In this document: positions 1 to 12,278 of the stretch, piece after piece
How positions within the stretch are numbered: the stretch's first letter is position 1
Layout: each line of letters starts with the position of its first letter
From: the human T2T-CHM13v2.0 reference genome, Homo sapiens
NCBI RefSeq assembly: GCF_009914755.1
Contig: NC_060929.1
Direction: 5' to 3' (one strand)
DNA: 64,000 bases
Notes under the pieces: generated by a model
Databases searched by the model: none
Told to the model about the DNA's origin: nothing
What the model saw: the letters and a program-made list of their open reading frames with translations, nothing else
Translations under genes and position numbers: made by a program

Positions 1-367
1 ATCTGACAAAGGGCTAATATCCAGAATCTACAATGAACTCAAACAAATTTACAAGAAAAAAAACAAACAACCCCATCAAAAATTGGGCAAAGGATATAAG
101 CAGACACTTCTCAAAAGAAGACATTTATGCAGCCAACAGACACATGAAAAAATGCTCTTCATCATTGGCCATCAGAGAAATGCAAATCAAAACCGCAATG
201 AGATACCATCTGCCACCAGTTAGAATGGCGATCATTAAAAAAGTCAGGAAACAACAGGTGCTGGAGAGGATGTGGAGAAATAGGAACACTTTTACACTGT
301 TGGTGGGACTGTAAACTAGTTCAACCATTCTGGAAGTCAATGTGGCGATTCCTCAGGGATCTAGAAC
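1..367 (+). mobile_element. LINE-1 (L1PA2/L1PA3-like) ORF2 C-terminal fragment, continuing off the left edge
   Basis: Near-consensus young L1 sequence (AAGTCAxTGTGGCGATTCCTCAGGGATCTAGAAC). ORF 33..314 encodes [34 protein letters not shown] of L1 ORF2. Stops abruptly at 367. Confidence 0.9.
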
Positions 368-1807
368 GAGCACCACTTACCATATAGGGAATCCTTTCTC
401 CTCCATTGCTTGATTTTGTAAGGTTTGTTAAAGATCAGATGGTTGTAGACGTGTGGTCTTATATCTGAATGCTCTGTTGTGTTCCATTGGTCTGTGATCT
501 GGCCTTTTTTCTGGCTGCCCTTAATACTTTTTCTTTCATTTTGACCTTGGAGAATTTGATGATTATGTGTCCTGGAGCTGATCTTCTCATGCAATATTTT
601 ACTAGGGTTCTCTGGATTTTCTGAATTTGAATGTTGGCCTGTCTTGCTAGATTGGGAAAGTTCTCCTGGATGATATCCTGAAGTGTGTTTTCTAACTTGT
701 TTCTATTCTCCCTCTTTCAGGTACCCCAATCAGTTTTCGGTTTGGTCTTTTTACATAATTCCATAGTTCTCGGGGGATCTGTTCATGCCTTTTCATTCTC
801 TTTTCTCTAATCTTGTCTGCCTGTCTTATTTCAGTAAGATAGTCTTCCAGCTCGAAATTCTTTCCTCCACTTGGTCTGTTTGGCTATTGATACTTATGGT
901 TGCATTTTGAAGTTCTAGTGTTGTGATTTTTAGCTCCATCAAGTCATTTATGTTCTTCTCTAAACTGGTTATTCTGGTTAACACACCCTGTAGTGTCTTA
1001 TCATGGTTCTTAGTTTCTTTACATTGGATTAGAACATGCTCCATTAGTTCAGTGAAGTTTGTTATTACCCACCTTCCGAAACCCACTTCTTTCAGTTTAT
1101 CCATCTCACCATCAGCCCAGTTCTTTGCCCTTGCTGGAAAGGTGTTATGATCATTTGCAGGAGAAGAGGCACTCTGGTTTTTTTTGTGGATGCTTTCTCA
1201 TCTTCATGACTTTATCTACCTTCCATCTTTGAGGCTGTTGACCTATGGATGGGGTTTTTGTGGGGACTTTTTTGTTGATGTTGTTGTTGTTGCTTTCTGT
1301 TTTCCTTTTAACAGTTAGGCCCCTCTTCCCTAGGGCTGCTACAGTTTGCTGAAGGTTCACTCCAGGCCCTATTCCACTGGGTTTCTCCCACATGTGGAGT
1401 TGTCACTCATGGAGGCTGCAGAACAGCAAAGATGGCTGCCTGCTCCTTCCTCTGGGAGCTCTGTCCCAGAGGGGCACCGAGCTGATGTTGGTAGGAATGC
1501 TTCTGTATAAGGTGTCTGGCAAGCCCTCCTCGGTGGGGGGGGGTGGGGGTCTCACCCTGTCAGGAGGCACAGGATGAGGGACCCATTTTTAATGAAGCAC
1601 TCTGGCTGTCCCTTGTCCAGACTGTCCAGCCTCTTCAGAGCCAGCAGGCAGGAAAGCCTAAGTCTGCTGATGCACAGAGACTGCGCTGTCTCTTGCCCCA
1701 GGGGCTTCATCCCAGAGAGATCAGAGTTCTGTCTATAAACCCCTGGTTAGAGTTGCTGAAATTCCCGCAAGGAGGCCCCCATCAGGTGAGGAAGGATGGG
1801 TCCAAGT

Positions 1808-2093
1808 TATTTTCTTTCTGAGGCGGAGTCCTGCTCTGTCACCCAGCCTGGAGTATAGTAGCCTGATCTTGGCTCAACCCAACCCCTGCTCCCCAGGTTC
1901 AATCAATTCTCCTGCCTCAGCCTCCCAAGTGGCTAAGATTACAGGTGAGAGCCACCACGCTCACCTAATTTTTGTATATTTAGTAGAGACTAGGATTCAC
2001 CATGTTGGTCAGGCTGGTGTCAAACTCTGACCTCAAGTGATCTGTCCCCCTCGGCCTCTTAAAGTGCCAGGATTACAGGCGTGAGCCACTGCC
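1808..2093 (-). mobile_element. AluS (Sx/Sz-like) inserted in the L1 5'UTR
   Basis: Antisense dimeric Alu with a short T tail; CCAAGTT occurs on both sides as a short TSD. Confidence 0.9.
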
Positions 2094-2225
2094 CAAGTTC
2101 AGCCTAAAGAAGATAGTCTTGCCACAATCTGCTACAGCTGCTGTGCTGCACTGTGGAGAATTCCTCCTGGATCTAAACTGCCCAGCTTCCCCAGCACCAG
2201 CAGGGGAAGACAGCAGACTGGAGTT

Positions 2226-2512
2226 GCAGTGATGGCTGCCGCTCCTCTCCCCCAGAGTTCAGTCAGCTTAGGCAGCAGGCTGCCACAGTGATGGTCGCCT
2301 CCACTCTCCCAGGGAGCTCAGTCATCTTAGACAGCAAGCAGCTGCAGTGATGGCAGCCACCCCTCTCCCTGGGAGCTCAGTCATCTGACGCTGCAGGCAG
2401 CTGCAGTGATGGTAGCCACACCTCTCTACAGGGAGCTCAGTCATCTTAGGCAGCAGGCAGCCCCAGTGATAATGGCCACTCCTCCCCGCAGGAACTCGGT
2501 AGTCTTAGGCAG
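2226..2512. repeat. Five-copy ~59-bp tandem repeat inside the L1 5'UTR
   Basis: CAGTGAT recurs at 2227, 2286, 2345, 2404 and 2464; unit is approximately GCAGTGATGGCAGCCACCCCTCTCCCAGGGAGCTCAGTCATCTTAGGCAGCAGGCAGCT. Confidence 0.9.
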
Positions 2513-2903
2513 TCTCCAGCCCAGCAGCCACAGAGATTCTGCATAGCTCTGTGCTTGAGAATCAAAGGCCCTGGTGGCATGGGCTCACAAGGGGTATCTC
2601 CTGATCCACAGGTTGCCCAGATCCATGGAAAAAGCATGGTTTCCCAGCATGGTACCACAGTCACTCACTGCCTCCCTTGGCTGGGAGTGGGAGCTCCCCT
2701 TTACCCCATGGGGCTCCTGAGGGGGCCATCACTCCACTCTGGTTTTCCTTAATCTCTGTGGGTTGTGCCAACCACCTCGTCAGTCCCAGTGAGAGAACCT
2801 GCATACCTCAATTGCCAGTACAGGATTCACTCACTGTTTTTGTTCTTCTCAGTAAGAGCTACTGACTGTAGCTGTTTCTAGTTGGCCATCTTGGCCCCTC
2901 CCC

Positions 2904-4040
2904 TGTAGTTTGAGTTCTTAGATTTAAATCTTTAACCCATCGTAAGTTAACTTTTGTATATGGTAAAAGGTAGGGGTCTAGTTTCATTCTTCATATAGCT
3001 AGATAATTGTCCCAGCACTATTTATTGAATAGAAAGCCCTTTCTCCGTTGTTTGCTTCTGTTAACTTTGTTGAAGATCACATATTTGTAGTGTGTGGCTT
3101 TACTTCTGAGTTTTCTATTGGGCTCCACTGGTCTACGTGTCTGCTTTTGTACCAGTACCAAACTGTTTTGATTACTGTCACATAATAGTTTGAAGTCCAG
3201 TAGTATGATGCCTCTAGCTTTGTTCTTTTTGATTAGGATTGCTTTGCCTATTTGGGCTCTTTTGTGGTCCCATATTGTGTTAGGCCATTCTTGTGTTGCT
3301 ACAACACAAGTTATAAGAAGTCTTAGGAATACCTGAGACTGAGTAATTTATAAAGAAAAAAAGGTTTAATTGGCTCACAGTTCTGCAAGCTGTATATGCA
3401 TGGTGCTAGCATGTGTTCAGCTTCTGAGGAGGCCTCAGGGAGCATGACAGAAAACAAAGTGAGAGCAGATACTTTACACGGTGAGGCAGGAACAAGAGGA
3501 ACAGGGGGAAGATACCACACACTTTTAAATAGCCAGATCTCATGAGAATTTACTCACTATTGCAAGGACAGCACCATGGGGATGGCACTAAGCCATTCAT
3601 GAAAAATCTGGCCCCCTAACCCAGTCACCTCCCAATGCTGAGGATTATAATTCAGCATGAGATTTAGAGAGGACATCCAAACTATGTCATGTGTTAATTT
3701 TATATTTTTTTCTAATTCTGTGAAAAATGACATTGGTAGTTTGATAGGACTAGTGTTGAATCTATAGATTGCTTTGGGCACTATGGCCACTTTAGCAATA
3801 TTGATTCTTCCAATCCATGAGCATGAAATGTTTTTTCATTTATTTGTGTCATTTGATTTTTTTCAGCAGTGTTTTATACCTCTCCTTGTAGAGATCTTTC
3901 ATCTCCTTGGTTAGCTGTATTCCTAGGTACTTCATTTTATTGTGGCACTCGTAAATGAGACGGTGTTCTTGATTTGACTCTCTGCTTAAACATTTTGGGG
4001 ATATAGAAATGTTACTGAATTCTGTACACTGATTTTGTGT
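2904..4040 (-). mobile_element. Older LINE-1 (L1PB/L1MA) ORF2 fragment, split by an MST LTR
   Basis: ORFs 3557..3790 ([26 protein letters not shown]) and 3849..4100 (MKYLGIQLTKEMKDLYKE.YKTLLK) are ORF2 motifs. Confidence 0.85.
3276..3689 (-). mobile_element. MaLR solo LTR (MSTA/MSTB)
   Basis: TGTGTTAGGCCATTCTTG...CCAAACTATGTCA termini; internal TAATTTATAAAGAAAAAAAGGTTTAATTGGCTCACAGTTCTGCA. Confidence 0.88.
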
Positions 4041-4859
4041 AACAAATGGGAGTAATTTATAGTCAAAGTTAAAATGCTGTGTCTGAACAAAACCTACCAA
4101 ATCTGCTCATTAGATTTCACCGTAGGCCCAACAGTCTCATCATATATAAGAATAAAAGGACCATGCTACTACAGAGTTTCATAACTACTTCACATCCTAG
4201 AATTACGTCCCCTTAAACTCAGCATCTCCCTAGTCCTGGTTACATGGCAGCTGTCAGCCTGCAATATCCACACTCCCCCAGTGAAACAACAGTGGCACAG
4301 AAGTCACACTCTAAGGCTATCGCAAGGCACATTTTCATCATTCTACCAGTTCCAAGGGGAGTGTTTGGAGGCTTCCAACTTGGGAATGAACTTGCCTCGC
4401 CCTCTCTGTGTGCCCATGTCTTCCACAAACCCAAGCCCTACCCTCTGCTTCTGCTAAGCCTTTGGACAGCCAAGTGTCTTCCTTTTTTTCCTTCTTTCTT
4501 CATTCATACCCATTGGCTCCATCATCTCACAGATCCTGCTTCTTTATTTCCTTTATTACTGTTATTTCCATCTCAAAAACCAGAATTTTTAGATACCCCT
4601 ATTTTATTCCAATATATTCACTAGCTTGTGAGGCTTTTCCTTACAGTTCTTATCAGCTTCTTCCAATCTCTGCACCTCCTAAAATTGGAAACATCCAGAA
4701 CAGATGGTGTTCATCTTTGCTACCAGATGTTTCCCTTGGGTATTCTGTCCCCTAAATTCCCACAGCAAGTGGAGTTAGGATGTTTTGGATTGTTTGGCTA
4801 GCTTCTCCATCTGGCAATTGAGCTTAAAGTCTCTAAACTGGAAGATGTAGAGAGAACTC

Positions 4860-4876
4860 TGTGTGTGTGTGTGTGT
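4860..4876. repeat. (TG)n microsatellite
   Basis: Directly visible. Confidence 0.9.
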
Positions 4877-6004
4877 ATGGGGGAGGTGGGGACATCCCCC
4901 TGATTAATGGAAGACATTCCACAAAAGATGGGCCTATAGACAGTAGCCATGCATTACAATGCACTAGCTGTTCAAGGAGGCCTAAATTGGGAAATCAAAT
5001 AGCCGAAGTAAAAAAAAAAAACTAAGGTTCAGAGTGACTAAGGAGCTATTTTGATCGAAGAATGCTGTAGATTCTTTTCACAGTCCAAAGCTTCCACACA
5101 CAAATCTTTTTTCGTAAACCCAAATTATAAAACCTCAATCTCGCCAGCTTTTGAACAGGACGTATATTATATTCTTTCCCAAAACAAGCAGGTATTTATC
5201 AAAAGATAAACATTTAAGCTCTCTTTTTCTTGATTTTGTTTTTATCAATCTACCATTTCACACATACAACACACACAACACACATGGAGAATGTTTCTCC
5301 AGAGTCATTTTAGTGTCAATACAGATGTCTTCACATAAAACGAATGAGGGCAAATAGGGAGAATATTCACTACTGAAGGCCTCACTTCTCTTCATCTTGC
5401 AGGTAGCAACTTTAAAATTGACTTCCCCCTCAGACTGTCTGGATTGAAAAACAGCTCTGCAGTTCCAGATAGGTTTACCACCAGCCCATCACTGCATTTC
5501 ATGGCATCAATTGCTGTTCTGCTTAGACATTTTGACCAAGAGATTACATTTAAACTGAATTTTAACAACATGGCTTACCAATAAAGCATCAGCAGAAAAG
5601 ACAGGAAAAGATTGAGGTTCAGAAAGTCAAGGTGAAGTTAACGCCCAGCAGCAAATGCAGAAGTTCTGTGCAACTTCGTAGCGCAGCTGAGACTGTTTTG
5701 CCCCTTCAGTATTCTGGCTTTTCTGAGTGGAGTTTTACTAATTTGTTTTGCTTTGTTTTCTCCTCCCTACAGTCCTTCTAGAAACTGTGCAAATGAGGAA
5801 TACCAACCTCAATTTCATTCCTCTCATATAATTTTTCACTCTATGAAATTCCATAACTTGTATTTTCTATTTCACTCATGTAGAAAAAAAATCAATTTTC
5901 CTTTTGATCTACTATAAAAGTTAGATGTACACAGTAAGTCCATTTTGGGGGAAAAATTAAACTTTTATCCACAGGTTACTTTGGAACTTCGTGAGCTTAG
6001 CCAT

Positions 6005-6140
6005 CAAATCTTGACAGGTTTGGGTTCAACTGTATCTGTTATTATGTGTTCTTTAGGACCTCATTTCAGTTAATAAATCAGGTTTTTCACCCTGTCAGAG
6101 GACAGCCTCTGACAGTACCACCAAATCTGATGCTCTGTCA
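6005..6140. promoter_or_regulatory. Candidate enhancer: MEIS/TGIF-type TGACAG cluster plus a PBX-HOX TGATTTAT site
   Basis: TGACAG/CTGTCA at 6012, 6092, 6110 and 6135; TAATAAATCA (reverse TGATTTATTA) at 6071-6080; unique-looking sequence. Motif evidence only. Confidence 0.35.
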
Positions 6141-8769
6141 AAGTTTCTTCTTTAACAGTTCAGCCATTGATTTCAGCTGAATAAAATAAAACACCATTTG
6201 CTCTATACCAAAGGTGTTCATATATCTTTTTAACCTAAAAATTGTATAACAGGAATATTATGTGATGGTCACAGCCCAATTTTATGTCACAATGTTCTAA
6301 TACATGTGTTTTATTCTATATTTTTAAATTTTTCTTATCTACATGTTTGAAATACTGGGATTTTTTAGTGATAAATAAGGAACACAAATATGACACTGTA
6401 GAAGTGAAGAAGATTGAAATAAAGATTGAACACCAAAAAAATTATTGAAAATATGAAAGTTTCTAATATTAATTTTTACTACAGTTCTCAAAGCCTTAGT
6501 TAATATGAATTTTCTTAATCTTTATTTCCATATTCTAATACTAGCCAGGATATTCATATAGCAAGGTGGACTACAACTGGCCTACAAACAAGAGCCTAGA
6601 TATACCAAATATTCTAGATATGTAGCTTCTGAAATCAATGTATGGAAAGAAATTAACTGTAAATTATGTTCCATATGTAAAACTGTCCCAATTGCAAATA
6701 CTTTATCAGAAGACTGGCACACCCAAAACTCACTACATAGGATACTCTATCAGCTTATCTAAAATTTAAAGACAAAAATAAATTTAGTACATCAAGGTAA
6801 TTAAAAGTAAATTAAAATTACAATACTACTTGAAAGATTTTATTGTGAATTAAGCTAAAATTATTAGCACTTCTGAAATAAGGAAAATACAGTTTATAAC
6901 CTCTACTGGGGATTTATCCCTTCCCTCAAAAAAAAAAAAAAAAACCCTGGAAAACAGGAATAAGAATACCTTCTTGAGAACTAATCTTACCACTTAATAA
7001 TAACTCATGTCAAAATGATCAAAACAAATACAGATACAAATTCATCTAAATGAAGCAGAATGGCTCCAAAGCCAATAAGACTGAGTTATCACATGATTTG
7101 ATATCAAAGAAAAATGTTTCTCTGTTTGAGAGGGTTGATCAAAGTATATGTTGACAATGGCCATTCTTGTATGCTTGGTCAAAAAAAGAAAAAGCAGCAA
7201 ATTAAAGGACAATTCCTATTGCAATCAATATGCATTAGCCTACAGCTGTCATATAGACAAAGTCCCTTTTCTAAATCAATACACACCAACTATCTGCTGG
7301 TAATGCTGAAGTGCTCACCTAAAAGAGAAGGTGAGTATCTTAGACTTCAAAATTCGTATGCTTGTGTAGTAAATTTTCATAGTGAATTAATAAATTTTCT
7401 TAATGTTTTAGGATATAAACTCTGTCCCCTAAGTTTATGTTATTTAAAGAGACAGGAATAATTGGACTATGTATTATTACCTCCTCCATTACCTTGACAA
7501 AATCTAATACATATCACACTCTCAGTATTTTCTGACTGAAAAAATTTTAAGATTGTACAATCCAAATACCTTAGTGTAACTTCGTCTTCATGGCAATAAT
7601 ATTTCCTTAAAATATGCATAATAGATAATCTGATTTAAAATATCAGTCCTGAGATAAGGTGTTAAAGTGAGTTCACTTCTGAGAAAAGTGCTTAGAGGGT
7701 AGACAAAGTTAGACTTAAGGATACACAGAATCAAATACCAGATCATGAAAAGTAAAAAATCCGAGGTAATGGATGCCAACACCTAAATATAGCCATGAGA
7801 TTGAAAAAGCCCATATCAGTATCTACTCAATGTATTACAGTGCTTGTGGATAACTTTAAGCTGAGAAGCATTTGTGCATCTGAAGTACACCAATGGTTTT
7901 GAGCAGCTGGAAATATTTCTCCAAATGGGGTGAGAACAGACTGGCCAATTTAGAAATAGTCAATCTCTGTCCCTTCAACATTTGAAATAAACATCATTTT
8001 TTAAAAAATTATGAACTTCACCAAAAGGATCAAATTTTAAACTTTAAAAAAAAGCTAACATTAAACTTTAATCTGTCACCCCCCAAAAAAAGAAAAATTA
8101 GACCACCTCTACCTTCCATCAAAAGGGCCGCATGTAAAGCAAAACATCCTGATTATATTTCCAAATCTGCTTAACTGTGACATAAGTAATCTCAGAGAAC
8201 TAGCCACACCAAAGTACACAAACTGCGGTTGACAACAGTTGTAGAAGAAATATTGACTCTAAAAATAGGGCTTCAGTCCTGATAAGATATAAATCTAGTA
8301 AAACTGTTGAATCTTTTCGCCGAGATCAATCCTGAAGTACCTCAAAAATGAAAATGCAGAAAATTTAAACCCTCAGAATAATGATGAGCTATTTTGAACT
8401 AGTGTTTATGTATGTATGTGGAAGGCATGGGAGAGCAGGTGGCTTTTGCCTGGGTTTAGGAGGGGGAAGCTCATCGATGGAGAAAGTGCTGAGGTTTTGT
8501 CTTATTAGGAGAGAGGTATAAATATCAACTCGAATCATAAAGTAATCAAGAATTTAGAAGAAACATAAAATGGAACAAAGTCAATTGGTAAAGTTGGTAA
8601 AAAAAAAAGTTGATCCAAGTAAATCAGTAATTAAAATATATGTAATAAACTAGAAAATTAAGATGACTGAGACATACTACTTATAAGTAACACATTAAAA
8701 ACATAATGACGTTAAATGTTGGGAGCAAATGGTGTATCAGCAAAATACCAAAATAAAATTGGTATGGTT

Positions 8770-9075
8770 GGCCTGGCACAGGTGGCTCACATCTGTAATC
8801 CCAGCACTTTGGGAGGCCGACGTGGGTAGATCATGAGGTCAGGAGTTCAAGACCAGCCTGGCCAATTTGGTGAAACCCCATCTCTACTAAAAATACAAAA
8901 ATTAGCCAGGCATGGTGGTGGGCACCTGTAATCCCAGCTACTCGGGAGGCTGAGGCAGAGAATTGCTTGAACCTGGGAGGCAGTGAGCCAAGATCACACC
9001 ACTGTACTCCAGCCTGAGCAACAGAATGAGCCTCCATCTAAAAAACAAACCAAACAAAAACAAAAACAAAAGACA
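8770..9075 (+). mobile_element. AluS (Sg/Sx3-like)
   Basis: Dimeric Alu with a CAAAA-rich tail; TSD approximately TGGTATGGTT on both sides. Confidence 0.92.
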
Positions 9076-10490
9076 AATGGTATGGTTATATTATAATAAC
9101 ACATAAAATAGACTCTTAGAGAAAATGTATTTTTTAAGAATGAAGAGAGTCATTACATACTGATGAAGACCTCAATTTGCCAAAATGATGGAACAATTTA
9201 AAACACATATGTATGTTAGTATCTAATAGCCTCAAAATACAAAAGTTGAGAAAATTTCAGCAACAATTTGACAGACTCACTATCATAGTGAAAGGCTTCA
9301 ACACATCTCTCTCAATTATTGATAGGCAGAGCATTAAAAAAACATAGCTATATAAAACCCAAAAACCCCAATAAGCAAGTTTGGTCTAATGAAACTATTA
9401 ATAGAAGATACATATTTTTCTCAGGCATATACATAACTGGAAATTTAAAAATGCAATGCTAAATAACTCAGGAATTTTTTAAATCATAATAATTTTAAAA
9501 TGTTTTTAACTGATAATAAAAAACCCCTTTGATAATAATTAGTGGGATGAGGCAAAAGCAATAGTTGTAGTGTTAATAGTTATAAACACTTGTTAGAAGA
9601 AGACAGCTTCAAAATAATTTAGTTATTAATGTAAGTTCATGTAATTCAGTGTAAACTTAGTAATATTATTGAATCCTTTGGCTTAGGTCAATGCTGGAAG
9701 AACTGGAGAACCAAAATACAGATAATTGTGAAAACCCCCGTATGATATCATCTTAAAAAGTAACAAAGACAAAATAAAACAGTAGAAAATAAAAATAAGC
9801 AAGGACATATTAGAAAATATACTAGATTAGCAAAGACCAAAATGGGTTAAAAAAAAAGAGTAAAGAAGACTTTAGCAAAATTGATCAAGAGAATAAGAAG
9901 TATTACTAATAACTACAGAAAGATATTAAGTATATATCAGAAAGAAAAGATCCTATCAAGAATTATACGTCAAGAATTCATAACAGTTAGATAAAATGGA
10001 CTAATTTTAGAAAAATATAACTTAAAATGCTGACTCAATAAAGAAATAAAAAGTGTAAATGGTCCAATAACTATTTTAAAATGTATTTGAAGATTATTTC
10101 TACAATGTAAACAGGCCCAGATGATTTTATAAGAAATTTACAACAAATATTTAAAGAACACAAAGTACACCAGTTTTATAAAATATAAACAAAATATATT
10201 ATTCCAAACTCATTCTATGAAGCCAATATAACCCTGATACCAATATCAAAAAAATACATTAAAAAAATTACAGGCTCACTGCACTCATGGCAATAGATGC
10301 AAAAATCTAAAATTAATAGCAAATCAAATGCAACTGTATATTTCAAGTATGTAAGGATAAGTTAGTATTAGAAAAATCTATATTTTATTTCAACATATTA
10401 AAAGAGAAAAAACATATTATAATCTCAATGAATACATAAAAAGGATTTAATAAAATTCACTCTCATTTGTGATTTTGAAACATTTCTTAG

Positions 10491-11830
10491 TGGACCTTTA
10501 GATTACACTATATACAAAAATTAACTCAAGATGAAGACTTAAATGTAAGACCCGAAATCATAAAACTCCTAGTAGAAAACATAGCTTAAAATGTCCTTGA
10601 CATTGGCCTTGGCAATCATTTTTTGGTATGACATCAAAAGCACAGACAAAAAAGCACAAATGGACAACTGGAAATACATCAAACTTAGTTTTTGCACAGC
10701 AAAGGGAACAATCTGCAAAATGAAAAGACAACCATAGAATGGGAGAAAATATTTGCAAAGCCTATATCTGATAAGGGGTTAATATCCAAAGTATATAATG
10801 AACTCATGCAACTCAATAGCAAAAAAACAACTCAATTAAAAAATGGGCAAACAACCCTGAATAGACTTTTTTTTAAAGATATGCAAATAGCAAACAGATA
10901 TATGAAAAGAAACTCAACATTAGTAGTCATCAGGGAAACGCAAATCAAAACCACAATGAGATGGCACAGCACGTTGTTAGGATGACTGTTACTCAAAACA
11001 ACAAGTGATAACAAGTATTGGTGAGGGTCTGAAGAAAAGGGAACCCTTGTATACTGTTAGTGTACAAGGGATTGTAAACTAGTACAGCCATCATGGAAAA
11101 CAGTATGGAGTTCCTCAAAAACTTGAAAATGGAACTACCATGTGACCCAGAAGTCCCTTGCAGGGTATATATCCAAAGGAAATAAAATCATTGTCAAAGT
11201 GGTGTCTTTACCCTCTTGTTCACTGCAGCATTATTCGCAGCAGTCGAGACAGGGAAACAAACTAAGTGTCTGTCAACGGATGAATGGATACAGAAAATAT
11301 GGTATATGTACATAAAATATTATTCAGCCATAAAAGAGAAGGAATCTTGCATATGAGATAAGAGGGATGAACCTGAAGGACATCATGCTAAGCAAAATGT
11401 CAGACATAGGAAAACAAAAACTGTATGATCTCACTTATATATGAAATCTAAAAAAGGCTAACTCCTAGAAGAAGAGACTAGAGAGGTGGTTGCCAGAGGC
11501 TGGGAGGTTGGGCAAATGAGGAGATGGTGGCCAAAGATTACAAATTTTCAGTTATAAGATAAATAAGTTTGGGGACTCTAATGTACAGCATGGAGGCTAT
11601 TGTGAATAATACTGTTCTGTTTACTTGAAATTTGCTGAAAGAAGATCTTAAGTGTCCTCACCCCTGGCCACACACAAAGTGTAACTATGTATGGTGATGG
11701 ATGTGTTGATTAAATCGATTATGGTAATCATTACCCAATGTATACAGATTTCAAATCATCATGTTATACACCTTGAATATGTACAATTTTTATTTGCCAA
11801 GTATATCTCAATAAAACTTGAAAAAATAAA
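10491..11830 (+). mobile_element. LINE-1 3' fragment (L1MA9-like)
   Basis: ORF 10692..10985 (EWEKIFAKPISDKGLISKVY.EL.QLN) followed by an L1MA-type 3'UTR ending CTCAATAAA and an A-rich tail. Confidence 0.85.
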
Positions 11831-11976
11831 AATATTGAAATAAAAAAACTTGGTAAATTCATTTAACCTGAGAAGCAGTAACCATTTTTAAAAAACTAAA
11901 GAAAATTCCACCTTAAAGGGGAAAATGCAGCCACATTCTTGGTAAAGTCAGGAATGTTACAAGAATCCCTATTACG

Positions 11977-12278
<302 letters not shown>

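Larger units (their letters stand above)
369..2903 (-). mobile_element. LINE-1 (L1PA10-13-type): 5'UTR, 5' part of ORF1 and a short ORF2 piece, with a large internal deletion
   Basis: The reverse complement begins GGGGAGGGGCCAAGATGGCCAAC at 2903 (L1 5' end). ORF 826..1104 is L1 ORF1 coiled-coil-like (EVGFGRWVITNFTEL..EHVLIQCKE). 369-496 is ORF2 sequence. The 5'UTR is homologous to 15924-17150. Confidence 0.88.

Noticed and set aside
2226-2512. 59-bp periodic repeat as a repeat-spacer array
   Set aside because: The whole unit is repeated with scattered divergence and is homologous to L1 5'UTR sequence.
4244-4755. Overlapping 126-aa and 115-aa ORFs in non-repeat DNA
   Set aside because: No recognisable domain, composition driven by T/C-rich sequence, and no convincing splice or promoter context.
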